From: a virus
Taxonomy: Duplodnaviria; Caudoviricetes
IMG/VR virus record: IMGVR_UViG_3300017780_003104
Coordinates: 32,001-96,000 of that record
Reading direction: 5' to 3' (one strand)
Length of the DNA: 64,000 nt
The notes under the pieces are model-generated. The model had not been told where the DNA came from. It was given only the letters and a program-made list of their open reading frames with translations, and searched no databases. Below are positions 54,342-64,000 of the stretch, piece by piece (positions within the stretch are counted from its first letter, which is position 1; each line of letters begins with the position of its first letter). A program made the translations under genes and the position numbers.

Positions 54342-55145
54342 TTACAGTTTTTCAATGTAATCTAAAATGTATTTATAAATATTTTGAGCATGTGTTCTAT
54401 AGTCACCACCAAATGACTTACTAACATCTTTTCCAATTTCCAATGCTGATGATTGGGCAAAATGTTGGGCTTGTCCTTGTTTTTGGAGAGGATTTGATCT
54501 GAAACCTCCCGCGAATTTAGTTGCAATTCTACGAAGAAGACCTTCATCTAGTAATACTTTTTCGTATATTAGTGTGAAATCTATATCATTCACTTTTTCA
54601 TATAATGTAGCAATATTATCATTATCCATCTTCAATCTGGTTCCTTCACCAGCTAATTTTAGATCTGTTGGTGTATTCTTACCATTACCTTTATCGGTAA
54701 CTCTGGTGATGTTTTGTTGATCGGCTTTCCACTCTTCAGGTTTTCCATTTAAGTATTTCTCATCATCTCTATAAAATTGATCTGGAATGTCAGGAGTTGG
54801 ATTGCTAGCATCAGCGATATCAATCATCTCTGGTGAAACGGTGATAGAACCGAAATGACGCCCACCACCATGATCTCCTGCAATTGTAATTACAACATTA
54901 TCGGCTGTTTTATGATCATTAGCTGAAGATTGGTTATAAGTCTTCGATCCGACTTGAATAACTTTAATATTGAGTCCACTATTAGCTAAGTCATCGAGTT
55001 CCTTCTGCATTACTGAATGCATCGCCTTATAAGTTGGTGTAGATTTGTAGTTTGATCTAAATTTTACAATATCACCCGGAAGATAACCTCCGACTTGATA
55101 TCTAGAATTGACCGCTTCAAAAATTTTATCAAATTTCTTTCCCAT
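54342..55145 (-). CDS. hypothetical late protein (start revised to 55145, MGKKFDKIFEA)
   Basis: TAAATA 5 nt before ATG; the track's extension is antisense to the neighbour. Confidence 0.6.
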   Translation of the reverse strand: MGKKFDKIFEAVNSRYQVGGYLPGDIVKFRSNYKSTPTYKAMHSVMQKELDDLANSGLNIKVIQVGSKTYNQSSANDHKTADNVVITIAGDHGGGRHFGSITVSPEMIDIADASNPTPDIPDQFYRDDEKYLNGKPEEWKADQQNITRVTDKGNGKNTPTDLKLAGEGTRLKMDNDNIATLYEKVNDIDFTLIYEKVLLDEGLLRRIATKFAGGFRSNPLQKQGQAQHFAQSSALEIGKDVSKSFGGDYRTHAQNIYKYILDYIEKL

Positions 55146-55182
55146 GATACTATTTATCGAATTAATAGTAAATATGTATATG
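55143..55182. promoter_or_regulatory. 40-bp bidirectional late promoter cassette (second copy)
   Basis: CAT-GATAC-TATTTA-TCGAA-TTAATA-G-TAAATA-TGTAT-ATG. Confidence 0.7.
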
Positions 55183-56823
55183 AAGTTTGATAAACTCGTT
55201 AAAATTATTAAAGAATCACTTTCTTCACCTAAAAATAAAGGTGGGACCAGAGTATATGCGGCACAGCAATCAGCTGGTCCAAGTGGATATTCCTCTAGTC
55301 CAGTTGGTAAAACTGATGCATTAGAGTTAGCCAAACCTCTGGACAAGTGGGAGTTTAATCCAAATGAAGATATGGATAAGGGTGGTGTTAAAAAACAAGC
55401 AAAGGCTTGGAGAATACTATTTAATGCATTTTCTCTATTATCGAACGATAAAAACTTCCAAGATGAAGTTAAAACTATTTCAGATAATTTTGATAAACGT
55501 AGAGATAGTTATAAAAATATTTTGGGTATTGATGATGAGGAGGGTAATCGTGTTGGATATCAAAAATATGATGAGGAAAGTAGAGTCAATACCCTCCCAG
55601 CAACTTTAGATAAACAGAAGAGTCGAAGAACTGGATATGAAGCCGAGATATCCAAAAGACGAACCATTATCAACTATAGTAAGATGGGGCCAAGTGCTAA
55701 ATTTGATCTTGAAAGAAGTATAAAGTCGATGCAAGGTGAGAGACAGGCTATTTTAGATGAATTGAACAAAGATAAAATATCGAATATTAGAAAAACTAAA
55801 TTGGAAGGTGAACTACAAGGTATCAATAATCATATTGATAAATTGGAGACTAGATTGCAATATGCTAATATAGGAAGCACCGAATCTTTAAAATCCGACA
55901 TTGTGGATTATCAAGACAAGATAAAGGAACTTGATAAGAAAATCGAAAAGAATGAAGAGGAATTAATGATATTGACCGACAGAACAACTAAAATTCAGTC
56001 GAACAATGAGGAAAATAATGATAAAGCTATAGATGAACTGAAAGATCAGGTGAACATCAGTGCCAAAAAAATTAAAAATTCTATAATGGAGGATATTAAG
56101 GATTTGCAGCTAATGAATGATGTATCTGACATTAATTGGGATGATGTTCCTAAAGATTTCTCAACTAAAATAAAAATGTTGGAATCTCTTGAATCCACTG
56201 ATCCAAAAGTAAATCCAATATTTGGATATTTGGATTCTTTTAATAATTGGTATTACGAAACATTGGATGATAACACAAAGGGTAGAGTCAAAGACTTAGA
56301 CTCAAGAGAATTTAATCCTCAACTCAATATTACAAAAATTAGGGATTATATGTCATTGCCATTCGTTCGTGCAATGAGTATGTATGCTAGTTCAGCTATT
56401 CCAAAGATGTCACTCAAACCTGATGTGAATCTAGTTAGACACGAAGAGACATTTAATAATTTTATATCATATATTGATCAATTTCCATCTAGTAAAAATC
56501 CAGTTGATGTAGAAGCTTCGAGAAAAGCGTGGAACGACCCAGAAACTAAGGATATGCTTAGAAGTTTTATAGCTGGTATGGGTATTGAAAATAAAGATAC
56601 ACAATATAGCTTAGTCAATCGACCATTCAATATTTCAAGAAGCGGTGCCAATAACTTCTTACAGTTAAAATCATCAATAACTTCGGATATGAAGCGTTTT
56701 TATCCAAAAACAGAATCATTTGATAATATTTACAATAAAATTATAACTGAAAAGATGTGGTGTGAAGACGATTTCAAAATCGATACCATGGAACTACTAT
56801 CTTTAGTTAAACAGCGTAAATAA
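55180..56823 (+). CDS. coiled-coil late protein, probable virion protein (start revised to 55180, MKFDKLVKIIKES)
   Basis: TAAATA 5 nt before ATG; long heptad-rich central region. Confidence 0.6.
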   Translation: MKFDKLVKIIKESLSSPKNKGGTRVYAAQQSAGPSGYSSSPVGKTDALELAKPLDKWEFNPNEDMDKGGVKKQAKAWRILFNAFSLLSNDKNFQDEVKTISDNFDKRRDSYKNILGIDDEEGNRVGYQKYDEESRVNTLPATLDKQKSRRTGYEAEISKRRTIINYSKMGPSAKFDLERSIKSMQGERQAILDELNKDKISNIRKTKLEGELQGINNHIDKLETRLQYANIGSTESLKSDIVDYQDKIKELDKKIEKNEEELMILTDRTTKIQSNNEENNDKAIDELKDQVNISAKKIKNSIMEDIKDLQLMNDVSDINWDDVPKDFSTKIKMLESLESTDPKVNPIFGYLDSFNNWYYETLDDNTKGRVKDLDSREFNPQLNITKIRDYMSLPFVRAMSMYASSAIPKMSLKPDVNLVRHEETFNNFISYIDQFPSSKNPVDVEASRKAWNDPETKDMLRSFIAGMGIENKDTQYSLVNRPFNISRSGANNFLQLKSSITSDMKRFYPKTESFDNIYNKIITEKMWCEDDFKIDTMELLSLVKQRK

Positions 56824-56828
56824 TAATA

Positions 56829-57314
56829 GTGAGTATTAAATTAAAATCTATTGAATCCGATTCTTTAACTAAAAAATCCCTAGATCGTGATTTTTTATAT
56901 AAGGATGTATCATTAGATTTACGTCCAACCGTTTATCTGAATAGACAATTAAATAAAAAGGAACCTTTAAAGGATATCGATGCTATATATGATGTTGAGG
57001 CAGTTAAAAATAGTATTATGACAGCTCTTACGACCTCTCCCGGTGATAAAATATTAACCCCTAAATATGGTATAGATTTGAGAAGGTATCTATTTGAACC
57101 AATAGATGATTTTATATTAGATATTATTAGAGATGATATTGAAATTCAATTACCAATAATGGAACCTAGAGTTCAGGTGGTTAATGTGGATGTTCAAGGT
57201 GAAGAGGATGCCAATGAGATCCATATAACAATGCAAATAAATATAGTTTCATTAAATGTATATGGATTGAGTATAAAATCCGTAATAAATTCCACTGGTT
57301 ATATGGTCCTCTAA
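56829..57314 (+). CDS. gp25: baseplate wedge subunit (gp25/GPW family)
   Basis: DVEAVKNSI...TSPGDKILTPKYG.DLRRYLFEP...EPRV; GTG start with TAAATA upstream. Confidence 0.85.
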   Translation: MSIKLKSIESDSLTKKSLDRDFLYKDVSLDLRPTVYLNRQLNKKEPLKDIDAIYDVEAVKNSIMTALTTSPGDKILTPKYGIDLRRYLFEPIDDFILDIIRDDIEIQLPIMEPRVQVVNVDVQGEEDANEIHITMQINIVSLNVYGLSIKSVINSTGYMVL

Positions 57315-57326
57315 TTAAATATAACT

Positions 57327-59135
57327 GTGGATAATAAAAGTATAGAATATAACTTACCCCAGAATGCTTACGTTAACTTTGATGCATTATCATTAAAGTC
57401 ATTCATGATTGATCAACTCAACCGAGGTGGTGTATTCGTTGATCAAAATTATAATGGAAGTAATATATCTGGAATATTGGAGATACTTGCATATTATACG
57501 CATGTTTTGATGTTTTACTTAAACCAAACATCATCTGAATCCATGTTTTCACAGACTACCGTTTATGAAAACATGAACCGAATTGTTAAACTAATAGATT
57601 ATAAACCAACTGGGAGGCAAACGTCATTAGCGTCATTGACATGTAATGCTACATCTGATCTTGTTATAGGTAGTTATAATATTAGAAAGTATAGTTATTT
57701 TCTATTGGATAATATCCAATATACATTTATCGATGATTATCCATTTGAAAAAAAACTTAGTGGGGATGAATTTATTGAGTCATTAAGCGAAACAGCAATT
57801 CTATACCAAGGAACAGTCGGTGAATATCCCACATATATATCAGAAGGATTAGATTATGAAACCATTCCAGTTGTTGTGGATAATCTAGTTTCCTCTAATG
57901 ACACTAGATTTATATCACATGGAACCATAAGTGTATATGTTAAAGAAGAAAATACAAACACTTGGTATGAATATGCTGAAGTTGAAAGTATTTTCCTAAC
58001 CACTCCAACAGATAGAATATATGATGTTAGGTTAAATGAAAATGGACATTATGAAGTTAAGTTTGGTAATGGAATTTTTGGTAGAAAATTGAATAAAGGT
58101 GATAGTGTTGCAATATATTACATATTAAGCGATGGTGATAGTGGTTTGATAAGTTCAAATGTGCTCAATGGTAAAAAATTAATGATATTCAATAGCACCA
58201 GATTCCAAGAGGTATATAGTGATGTAGTATCAAGTGACTTAACGTATACCATCACAAAATATAATAATTCATATTTAACTTTTGATAATCCTACAAATTC
58301 TACAACCATACATGATGGAGAGACGGTAGAACAGATACGAGAAAATTCACCAATATTTCTATCATCACAACTAAGATTAGTCACGGAATCTGATTATGAG
58401 AGATTTATCAAAAAAAGTGTTCCAAATATCATAAATGATGTTCGAGTTGTAGATAATAACACATATATTGGTGAATATATAAAATATTTCTACGATATTT
58501 GCGTAGATCCAAATAAAGTAAATAGAGTTATTATAAATCAAGTCAATTTCGCAGATTCTTGTGATTTTAATAATGTTAATATATTTTGTGTTCCTTCCTT
58601 CACTATAACCAAAGATGGACAATATCCAGATTTCTTAAATGATGCATTTAAGACTCTAATAAGAGATATAACTAAAGATAAGAAAATAATAAGCAATGAA
58701 GTTGTTCCGAGAGATCCCATATATATGGCACTAGATATAGGATTCACGAATGGTGTAGCTGCCAAAAGTATATCCTCTCAGTCTAAACTAGTAATAGTAA
58801 GAGATTCAAATAATAAAACAAATAAGGATAAATTAAAAAATAAGGTTGCATCTGCTATCATTGAATTCTTCGATCCATCGAATGTAAAACTTGGACATAA
58901 AATTGATTTAAATATCCTATCATCAAATATTCTAAAAATCGAAGGAATTAAGTATGTAAAGACTGTGAATGGTGATAGTTTTATTAACACCTTATCATTT
59001 GTTATGTGGAATCCAATGTTTGATGGAGTTGATGAGACGTTAGTATCTCAAACTATAACATTACCATTTTTCAAATACCCATATCTATATAATCCAGTTT
59101 CGTTGACAACAAAAATTGAAGTAATAGACGAATGA
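57327..59135 (+). CDS. gp6: baseplate wedge subunit
   Basis: NFDALSLK..., DQNYNGSNIS.ILEILAY...ESMF...IDYKP, YEVKFGNG..G, RLVTESDY. Confidence 0.85.
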   Translation: MDNKSIEYNLPQNAYVNFDALSLKSFMIDQLNRGGVFVDQNYNGSNISGILEILAYYTHVLMFYLNQTSSESMFSQTTVYENMNRIVKLIDYKPTGRQTSLASLTCNATSDLVIGSYNIRKYSYFLLDNIQYTFIDDYPFEKKLSGDEFIESLSETAILYQGTVGEYPTYISEGLDYETIPVVVDNLVSSNDTRFISHGTISVYVKEENTNTWYEYAEVESIFLTTPTDRIYDVRLNENGHYEVKFGNGIFGRKLNKGDSVAIYYILSDGDSGLISSNVLNGKKLMIFNSTRFQEVYSDVVSSDLTYTITKYNNSYLTFDNPTNSTTIHDGETVEQIRENSPIFLSSQLRLVTESDYERFIKKSVPNIINDVRVVDNNTYIGEYIKYFYDICVDPNKVNRVIINQVNFADSCDFNNVNIFCVPSFTITKDGQYPDFLNDAFKTLIRDITKDKKIISNEVVPRDPIYMALDIGFTNGVAAKSISSQSKLVIVRDSNNKTNKDKLKNKVASAIIEFFDPSNVKLGHKIDLNILSSNILKIEGIKYVKTVNGDSFINTLSFVMWNPMFDGVDETLVSQTITLPFFKYPYLYNPVSLTTKIEVIDE

Positions 59136-61189
59136 GCACACCACAAACTTATATAGATTATAGTATAATTGGATATAATGGAGTTGAGACATTATCAACT
59201 TATTCATTATCAGCAACTCCATTATTATTCGTTCCAGATATTAACCAAACAGTTGGGAATAATAATCGAGTGTTGTGGGAATTTGGAGATGGTACATCTT
59301 CTAGATCATTTTCAGCCTATAAGGTATATACAACTCCCGGTGTATATACCACTAGCATGATTATCACTGATTGTTTTAACAATGCGAAGGAATCAACATT
59401 TAAGAAAGATGTCACGGTATATGATTACATTCCAATGACATTTAGATTTTCCCTGAATGATTCCGATTATTTGAGTAGTATTGAGTTCAAATGTGGTGAA
59501 ATTTCTGGACCATTTAATATCGAATCATTCTACCCAAGTTACCAAGGGGCATCAGATATTTATTATAATATTCTTGGCAGTGCTAGTTACAATTACTGGG
59601 ATATAAACTCCAATAAATTTTCACACCTAGAGAATTATTATTCATTATATGATAAGATTTTCAATTTTGCAATTGGAGATTATCAATATCGAGAAATTGA
59701 TAAAATAACATTCACACCAGATAGATTATACGCTAAGATTCAAAACAATACAGTCATCAGATGTGGGGAGAAAGATAGTGGGGCATTTTATGTCGGATTA
59801 TCGGCTATAACACCCGTATATTTTAAAGATGATAGTTTAAGTGATATTATAGTTCTAAATTTATTTTTCGATAAACTTAACTATGATTTAAACTCTGATA
59901 ATTCAAAACCAAAATATATAAACAATTTAGGTTTATCATTATCCGCCATAGTTTTAAGAAATGACGCTAATGCATTATCCATAACATCAAATGGATTGGA
60001 CGGTGAAGGATTACTAATCGATTCTTTCAATATAAACAATTCAAAATTTGCAAAGACTTCTATACCTTTTGTTGTTAAAATAAAAGATGAAAATTGGTTT
60101 TCTGTTAAGAATTTTGAAAAAATTGAAATTGGTGATATCAATATATCTGTCCTACGCTTAAGTGGCGCAGTTCCCAGTTATACATTATCATCTATAAATT
60201 ATACACTATCATCTCAGGGTTCTGGTGGTGCATTTAGGGGTATATTATACTTTCCAAATACTACTGATGTTGTAATAGATAACTTGAAATTATCAGCTAG
60301 TGGAACATTCTCGAATGGATTGTCCACATACAATTTGAGTGGTGAATCTAATTATTTTAATATATATCCAATTGATTACTATGAGATGTATAAGAAAAAT
60401 GAAGATTTCAACGCATCTAACACATTGAGGGATATAACATTCCAAGAATCTATAGCATCTAATGATTCATTATATGATGATTTCTTTGGAGATTTATTAG
60501 GTAATGATGAATATAATCATGAGACTATTGGAGTTAAGATATATGAAAAAATTTCAAATTTCCTACAAAATACGCAAGATGTGGATACATGTGGTGTTGA
60601 TTTCTTAAATTCACTCGAAACATATTCAAATTTCAGTAATATAGATGAAGAAAACCATATATATCCAGAAACTATAAAGAGATTAGTAGATTTAGGTTCT
60701 ATAAGTCGATATAAATTATTTGGAACCCCGAATAAGTTTAAAGAAAATTTAGATATTAGAAGTAATTCCCATAAGGATGTGTATGGTAAAAATATAGGAA
60801 ATCAACTTGATACATTATCGTATCGTGTCAGTGCTGGTGTTGATATTGTTGCATTAGAAAAATTTAGCAATACATATTCTGTATTAAATACATGGCAACC
60901 CGTTTCAGCCGTAGAGACTACGATATATCCACTATCTGATTATTCTATAGATTGGGGTTGGCCGTTGGTATTGCCATTATCGATGGATTTTGGGGATATG
61001 TCGAAATATTATATATTCTTCGAATATGATTCCCAATACGATAATACACTATTGGATGGAGTTATAGATTTCGATAATGATAAAACCACAATAGCTTCCA
61101 ATCTATCATACTCAGAATTTTATTCAAATAATGGTGTATTGGATCAAATGTTTTTAAACACTCTATATAAATCGTTATCGATTATTTAA
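59132..61189 (+). CDS. baseplate-associated protein with N-terminal PKD domain
   Basis: LWEFGDGTSS...VYTTPGVY PKD motif; follows gp6 with a 4-nt overlap. Confidence 0.6.
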   Translation: MSTPQTYIDYSIIGYNGVETLSTYSLSATPLLFVPDINQTVGNNNRVLWEFGDGTSSRSFSAYKVYTTPGVYTTSMIITDCFNNAKESTFKKDVTVYDYIPMTFRFSLNDSDYLSSIEFKCGEISGPFNIESFYPSYQGASDIYYNILGSASYNYWDINSNKFSHLENYYSLYDKIFNFAIGDYQYREIDKITFTPDRLYAKIQNNTVIRCGEKDSGAFYVGLSAITPVYFKDDSLSDIIVLNLFFDKLNYDLNSDNSKPKYINNLGLSLSAIVLRNDANALSITSNGLDGEGLLIDSFNINNSKFAKTSIPFVVKIKDENWFSVKNFEKIEIGDINISVLRLSGAVPSYTLSSINYTLSSQGSGGAFRGILYFPNTTDVVIDNLKLSASGTFSNGLSTYNLSGESNYFNIYPIDYYEMYKKNEDFNASNTLRDITFQESIASNDSLYDDFFGDLLGNDEYNHETIGVKIYEKISNFLQNTQDVDTCGVDFLNSLETYSNFSNIDEENHIYPETIKRLVDLGSISRYKLFGTPNKFKENLDIRSNSHKDVYGKNIGNQLDTLSYRVSAGVDIVALEKFSNTYSVLNTWQPVSAVETTIYPLSDYSIDWGWPLVLPLSMDFGDMSKYYIFFEYDSQYDNTLLDGVIDFDNDKTTIASNLSYSEFYSNNGVLDQMFLNTLYKSLSII

Positions 61190-61968
61190 TAGTAATCTCC
61201 GTAAATATCATTACTCGTATTATCCATATTATATACAGTATCTTCACTAATCACATCGATATCAAATTGGTAAACCTTTGCATCGGTAGATATAGTTGGG
61301 AATAGTGTAGATTCGGACTTACCACTGAATTTATTGTCATATACTTGATCATTTCCAGATTCCATAGGTGCATTTGTCTCGTATGATGTTTCGTAACGTT
61401 TCGCTTTGAGTCTCCAGACATAATGTCCCATAACTGGATTGAGTCCATCTTGAACACTTTGATCTAATGCTTCAGTTATTCTAAAGATCTTCGATCCACG
61501 ATCTCCCGGTCTGTCACAGCCAAGTGCCGTGACTTCTATTAAATCATCTGATTTTGGTTCTATGCGTTGACCATTATCTGTAAATATAGATGCTGATTGT
61601 GAAAATATAGTAGTGAAGTCTTTAATTGCTATATATGCTGTGAGTTCATCATCCGAATTAATCCCAAATTGTGATAATGAAATACTCTCTTCCAATTCTA
61701 GATATATTTTGATAATGAATGGTCCATTATATACTTGAGTTGGATGCTCTCCATATAGCATATTCATAGCAGATAGGTTAAATCCATTTACATAATAATT
61801 AGCCTCAACTCCATAATTGTTGATCAATTCTTGAAACGCTGATCCCATTATACCTCTCTCAGCTTTAAATTTACTTGGGTCTGCAAATCCACCACAATGT
61901 GGATTATATACACCCGCAAATATATTAACGGGTTCTAGGCAAGATAGTGGTGTAGTTGGGCATCCCAT
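61186..61968 (-). CDS. gp14: neck protein (start revised to 61968)
   Basis: ELINNYGVE..YY...LYGE...LSQFGI.SDDELT.YI...EPKSDDLI...LFRIT-like segment, YVWRLKA; TAAATA 5 nt before ATG. Confidence 0.75.
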   Translation of the reverse strand: MGCPTTPLSCLEPVNIFAGVYNPHCGGFADPSKFKAERGIMGSAFQELINNYGVEANYYVNGFNLSAMNMLYGEHPTQVYNGPFIIKIYLELEESISLSQFGINSDDELTAYIAIKDFTTIFSQSASIFTDNGQRIEPKSDDLIEVTALGCDRPGDRGSKIFRITEALDQSVQDGLNPVMGHYVWRLKAKRYETSYETNAPMESGNDQVYDNKFSGKSESTLFPTISTDAKVYQFDIDVISEDTVYNMDNTSNDIYGDYY

Positions 61969-61972
61969 ATAG

Positions 61973-62296
61973 TTATTTAATAGAAGATTTGAAAACTCTT
62001 CCAACTGGTTGTCCATTGATGCTAGTCATCTCTATACCCATCCCACTATTTTTAATATTGTTGAACACTTTACCATGCTCATATGTGATACCAAGATCTA
62101 ATAATTCATTTGGGGTTAATATACTTCCCGGAATATTCATCTTGGGGTTGGTTTTTTTATATGGTCCAACTGTATGAATATACTTCTTATCAAGTCTATT
62201 TGGGTTTTTACTATTATTCACCTGTATAGATTGGGATGGAGTATCGTCTCCTAGATTATGTCTATATTCTAAAAAGAATTGTAAGAATGATTTCAC
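61973..62296 (-). CDS. small late protein with a capsid-targeting-like N-terminus
   Basis: GTG start, MKSFLQFFLE; TAAATA 6 nt upstream. Confidence 0.55.
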   Translation of the reverse strand: MKSFLQFFLEYRHNLGDDTPSQSIQVNNSKNPNRLDKKYIHTVGPYKKTNPKMNIPGSILTPNELLDLGITYEHGKVFNNIKNSGMGIEMTSINGQPVGRVFKSSIK

Positions 62297-62310
62297 TATA
62301 TCTATTTAAC

Positions 62311-62342
62311 AAAAAAGCCTATCGATTAAGATAGGCTTTTTT
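62311..62342. terminator. intrinsic terminator (A6/T6-flanked, bidirectional type)
   Basis: AAAAAAGCCTATC-gattaa-GATAGGCTTTTTT downstream of 62366..63283. Confidence 0.85.
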
Positions 62343-62365
62343 GGTTGAATTTTGTTATCTATATA

Positions 62366-63283
62366 TTACTTGAAGTAATCAGATGATTTCTTTAGAGTTG
62401 AACCGGGAACTTGGTTGTTCTTGCCTTGGAGGGCAGAGAAGTTTGGAGCACCATCTTTAGTTCCAGTTTCATCAGTCACATCTGTTTTGGCTTTCCCGCT
62501 TTTTGGTGCAGGATGACCGGAAACTTTATTTGACTTAGCTTGAAAGACTTTCTTCTTATCTGGTGCGACTTTAGTTCCTTCTTCTTCATCTTCATCAAAT
62601 GAGAAGTCATCACCTTCATCTTCGAATTCATCACCACCTTCGTCTCCGAAGTCTAGGTCATCACCTTCATCACCGAAGTCTTCTTCGCCACCTAGAGCAC
62701 CTTGAAGGACATCAATTAATTGTTGGGCAACATCTTTAGGTAATGTGAATGTTACTTCTCCTCCACCTTCTTCGTCTCCAACCTCATCATCACCAAAATC
62801 ATCTCCGAATTCGGAGTCTGGTGAGGCATCGTCTAGCCCAAGGGCATCGACATCGTTATTATCATCTTGACCGAAGTTCTCTTTGAGGACTTTATTGTAT
62901 AGTTTATCGAACACTGATTTGCTCATGGTATTATTTACCATCGAACGTATGTTTTTTTTGTTTTCTTTAATAAATTCTTCCTCTTCCGCTTCTTCTGCTG
63001 TCATTAATGATATTTGTCTTTTAATTTTTTTATTTTGATCATCTGACAAACTTCCACTATCTATTTTATCTTGAAGTTTTTTAACGGTTTTTTGACGTTT
63101 TGATTTAGGCTTACCTAAATCATCCTCTAATGCATCATTATAGCCATCTGTTTTTGGACCATTTCCTACTAATTCTGGGTGATCACCAAAAGCATTCTTA
63201 TTAGATTCTTTTAAGTTATATTTGAATGTATTCAACATTTTACCATACATATCACCTATAGATGTAGCGTCTTGTTTCTTCAT
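62366..63283 (-). CDS. highly acidic late protein, possible prohead core/scaffold-type (start revised to 63283)
   Basis: TAAATA 7 nt before ATG; LKES/LKEN motifs, long D/E/G-rich tracts, basic C-terminus. Confidence 0.5.
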   Translation of the reverse strand: MKKQDATSIGDMYGKMLNTFKYNLKESNKNAFGDHPELVGNGPKTDGYNDALEDDLGKPKSKRQKTVKKLQDKIDSGSLSDDQNKKIKRQISLMTAEEAEEEEFIKENKKNIRSMVNNTMSKSVFDKLYNKVLKENFGQDDNNDVDALGLDDASPDSEFGDDFGDDEVGDEEGGGEVTFTLPKDVAQQLIDVLQGALGGEEDFGDEGDDLDFGDEGGDEFEDEGDDFSFDEDEEEGTKVAPDKKKVFQAKSNKVSGHPAPKSGKAKTDVTDETGTKDGAPNFSALQGKNNQVPGSTLKKSSDYFK

Positions 63284-63316
63284 ATAATTATATTTATCCA
63301 TAAATAGTAATATATT

Positions 63317-64000
63317 ATGACCAAAGATAAAAAAGATAAGTTTTATATGGGTAATCCGAATGTCCCTGCAAGGGGAGCGGAATTCGTATACACCAGAGAA
63401 ATGGTGAGTGAACTTGAAAAATGTAAAAAAGATATTTTATACTTTGCTGAAAATTACTTCTTTATTTTAATTCCCGGTAAAGGTAAAGAGAAAATTAAAT
63501 TATATTCGGCACAGAAGAGAATTTTGAAAAAAATGAGAAAAGATAGATTTTTCATTTTGTTGGCGTCAAGACAAGTTGGTAAATCTACTCTTATGACCAT
63601 TTATCTATTGTGGACTGCATTATTCTTCAACGATGAGCGTATATTATTAGTAGCGAATAAAGAAGCAACAGCTATTGAAATTTTCGGAAGAATTAGAATG
63701 TCTTATGAATTAATGCCAAATTGGATTAAATCTCCAATTGCCGAAACGTATGGTAAGACTGGAATGGATTTAGAGAATGGTAGTAGAATCCAGATATCAA
63801 CCACAACTGGAACAGCCGCCCGTGGACAATCGGTTTCTATATTGGTTATTGATGAGTGTGCTTTCATTGAAGAACATTTAATGGACCCCTTCTGGGCATC
63901 TGTGTTTCCTATTGTATCAGCATCATCAACATCTAAAGTGTTCATATGTTCTACCGCGAACGGGACGGGAAATCTATTCCACACTTTATATACGGATTCG
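63317..64000 (+). CDS. gp17: terminase large subunit, partial (runs off the right edge); missing from the ORF track
   Basis: Manual translation MTKDKKDKFYMGNPNVP...DILYFAENY...LLASRQVGKST...ANKEATAIEI...ENGSRI...TGTAARG...LVIDECAFIE...ICSTANG. Confidence 0.95.
   Translation, partial: MTKDKKDKFYMGNPNVPARGAEFVYTREMVSELEKCKKDILYFAENYFFILIPGKGKEKIKLYSAQKRILKKMRKDRFFILLASRQVGKSTLMTIYLLWTALFFNDERILLVANKEATAIEIFGRIRMSYELMPNWIKSPIAETYGKTGMDLENGSRIQISTTTGTAARGQSVSILVIDECAFIEEHLMDPFWASVFPIVSASSTSKVFICSTANGTGNLFHTLYTDS

Noticed and set aside
55146-55346. N-terminal extensions given by the ORF track (also 31423-31659, 31626-31661, 55108-55179, 61969-62016, 63284-63301, 8629-8688)
   Set aside because: They run through promoter boxes or antisense to neighbouring genes; internal ATGs 5-7 nt after TAAATA fit the genome-wide pattern.
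63703-63984. Track ORF 63703..63984 (-)
   Set aside because: Antisense shadow of the terminase gene.
1-64000. Stop-codon reassignment
   Set aside because: Core genes are full length and coding density is high in the standard code; no conserved gene is split at TAG or TGA.

Overview
The window is a gene-dense, visibly AT-rich 64-kb segment of a large T4-like (myovirus) bacteriophage genome read in the standard genetic code. It holds most of the T4-type replication and recombination core (uvsY, uvsW, gp55, gp47, gp46, gp43, uvsX, gp41, gp32, gp45, gp61, gp44), a long minus-strand baseplate/tail-appendage block (33.6-50.8 kb), gp25, gp6, gp14, the 5' part of terminase gp17, PhoH, and a 450-bp origin-like non-coding region with tandem repeats. 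The most notable feature is a candidate phage-encoded protein O-glycosylation system. Three late proteins carry mucin-like Thr/Pro stalks and share an unrecognised C-terminal signature, C-x3-C-x2-LKF-stop. Directly downstream, behind its own late promoter motif, is a GT-A enzyme with the DSH / P-x3-GLFS / (W/F)GGE / H-x-F motifs of polypeptide GalNAc/GlcNAc-transferases (GT27/GT60 type). The window also has four further glycosyltransferases, RmlA, and a plant/giant-virus-type bifunctional NDP-rhamnose epimerase-reductase. Other observations: a DHH/DHHA1 protein next to the helicase that appears catalytically dead; near-leaderless early (TTGACA-N16-TAnnnT) and late (TAAATA-N5-7-ATG) promoters, including a 40-bp bidirectional late cassette that occurs twice; about 14 late proteins with capsid-targeting-like N-termini, one of them an aspartic protease; and an A-rich operator-like tract before gene 32. 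All family calls come from motif recognition by eye; no database searches were run.
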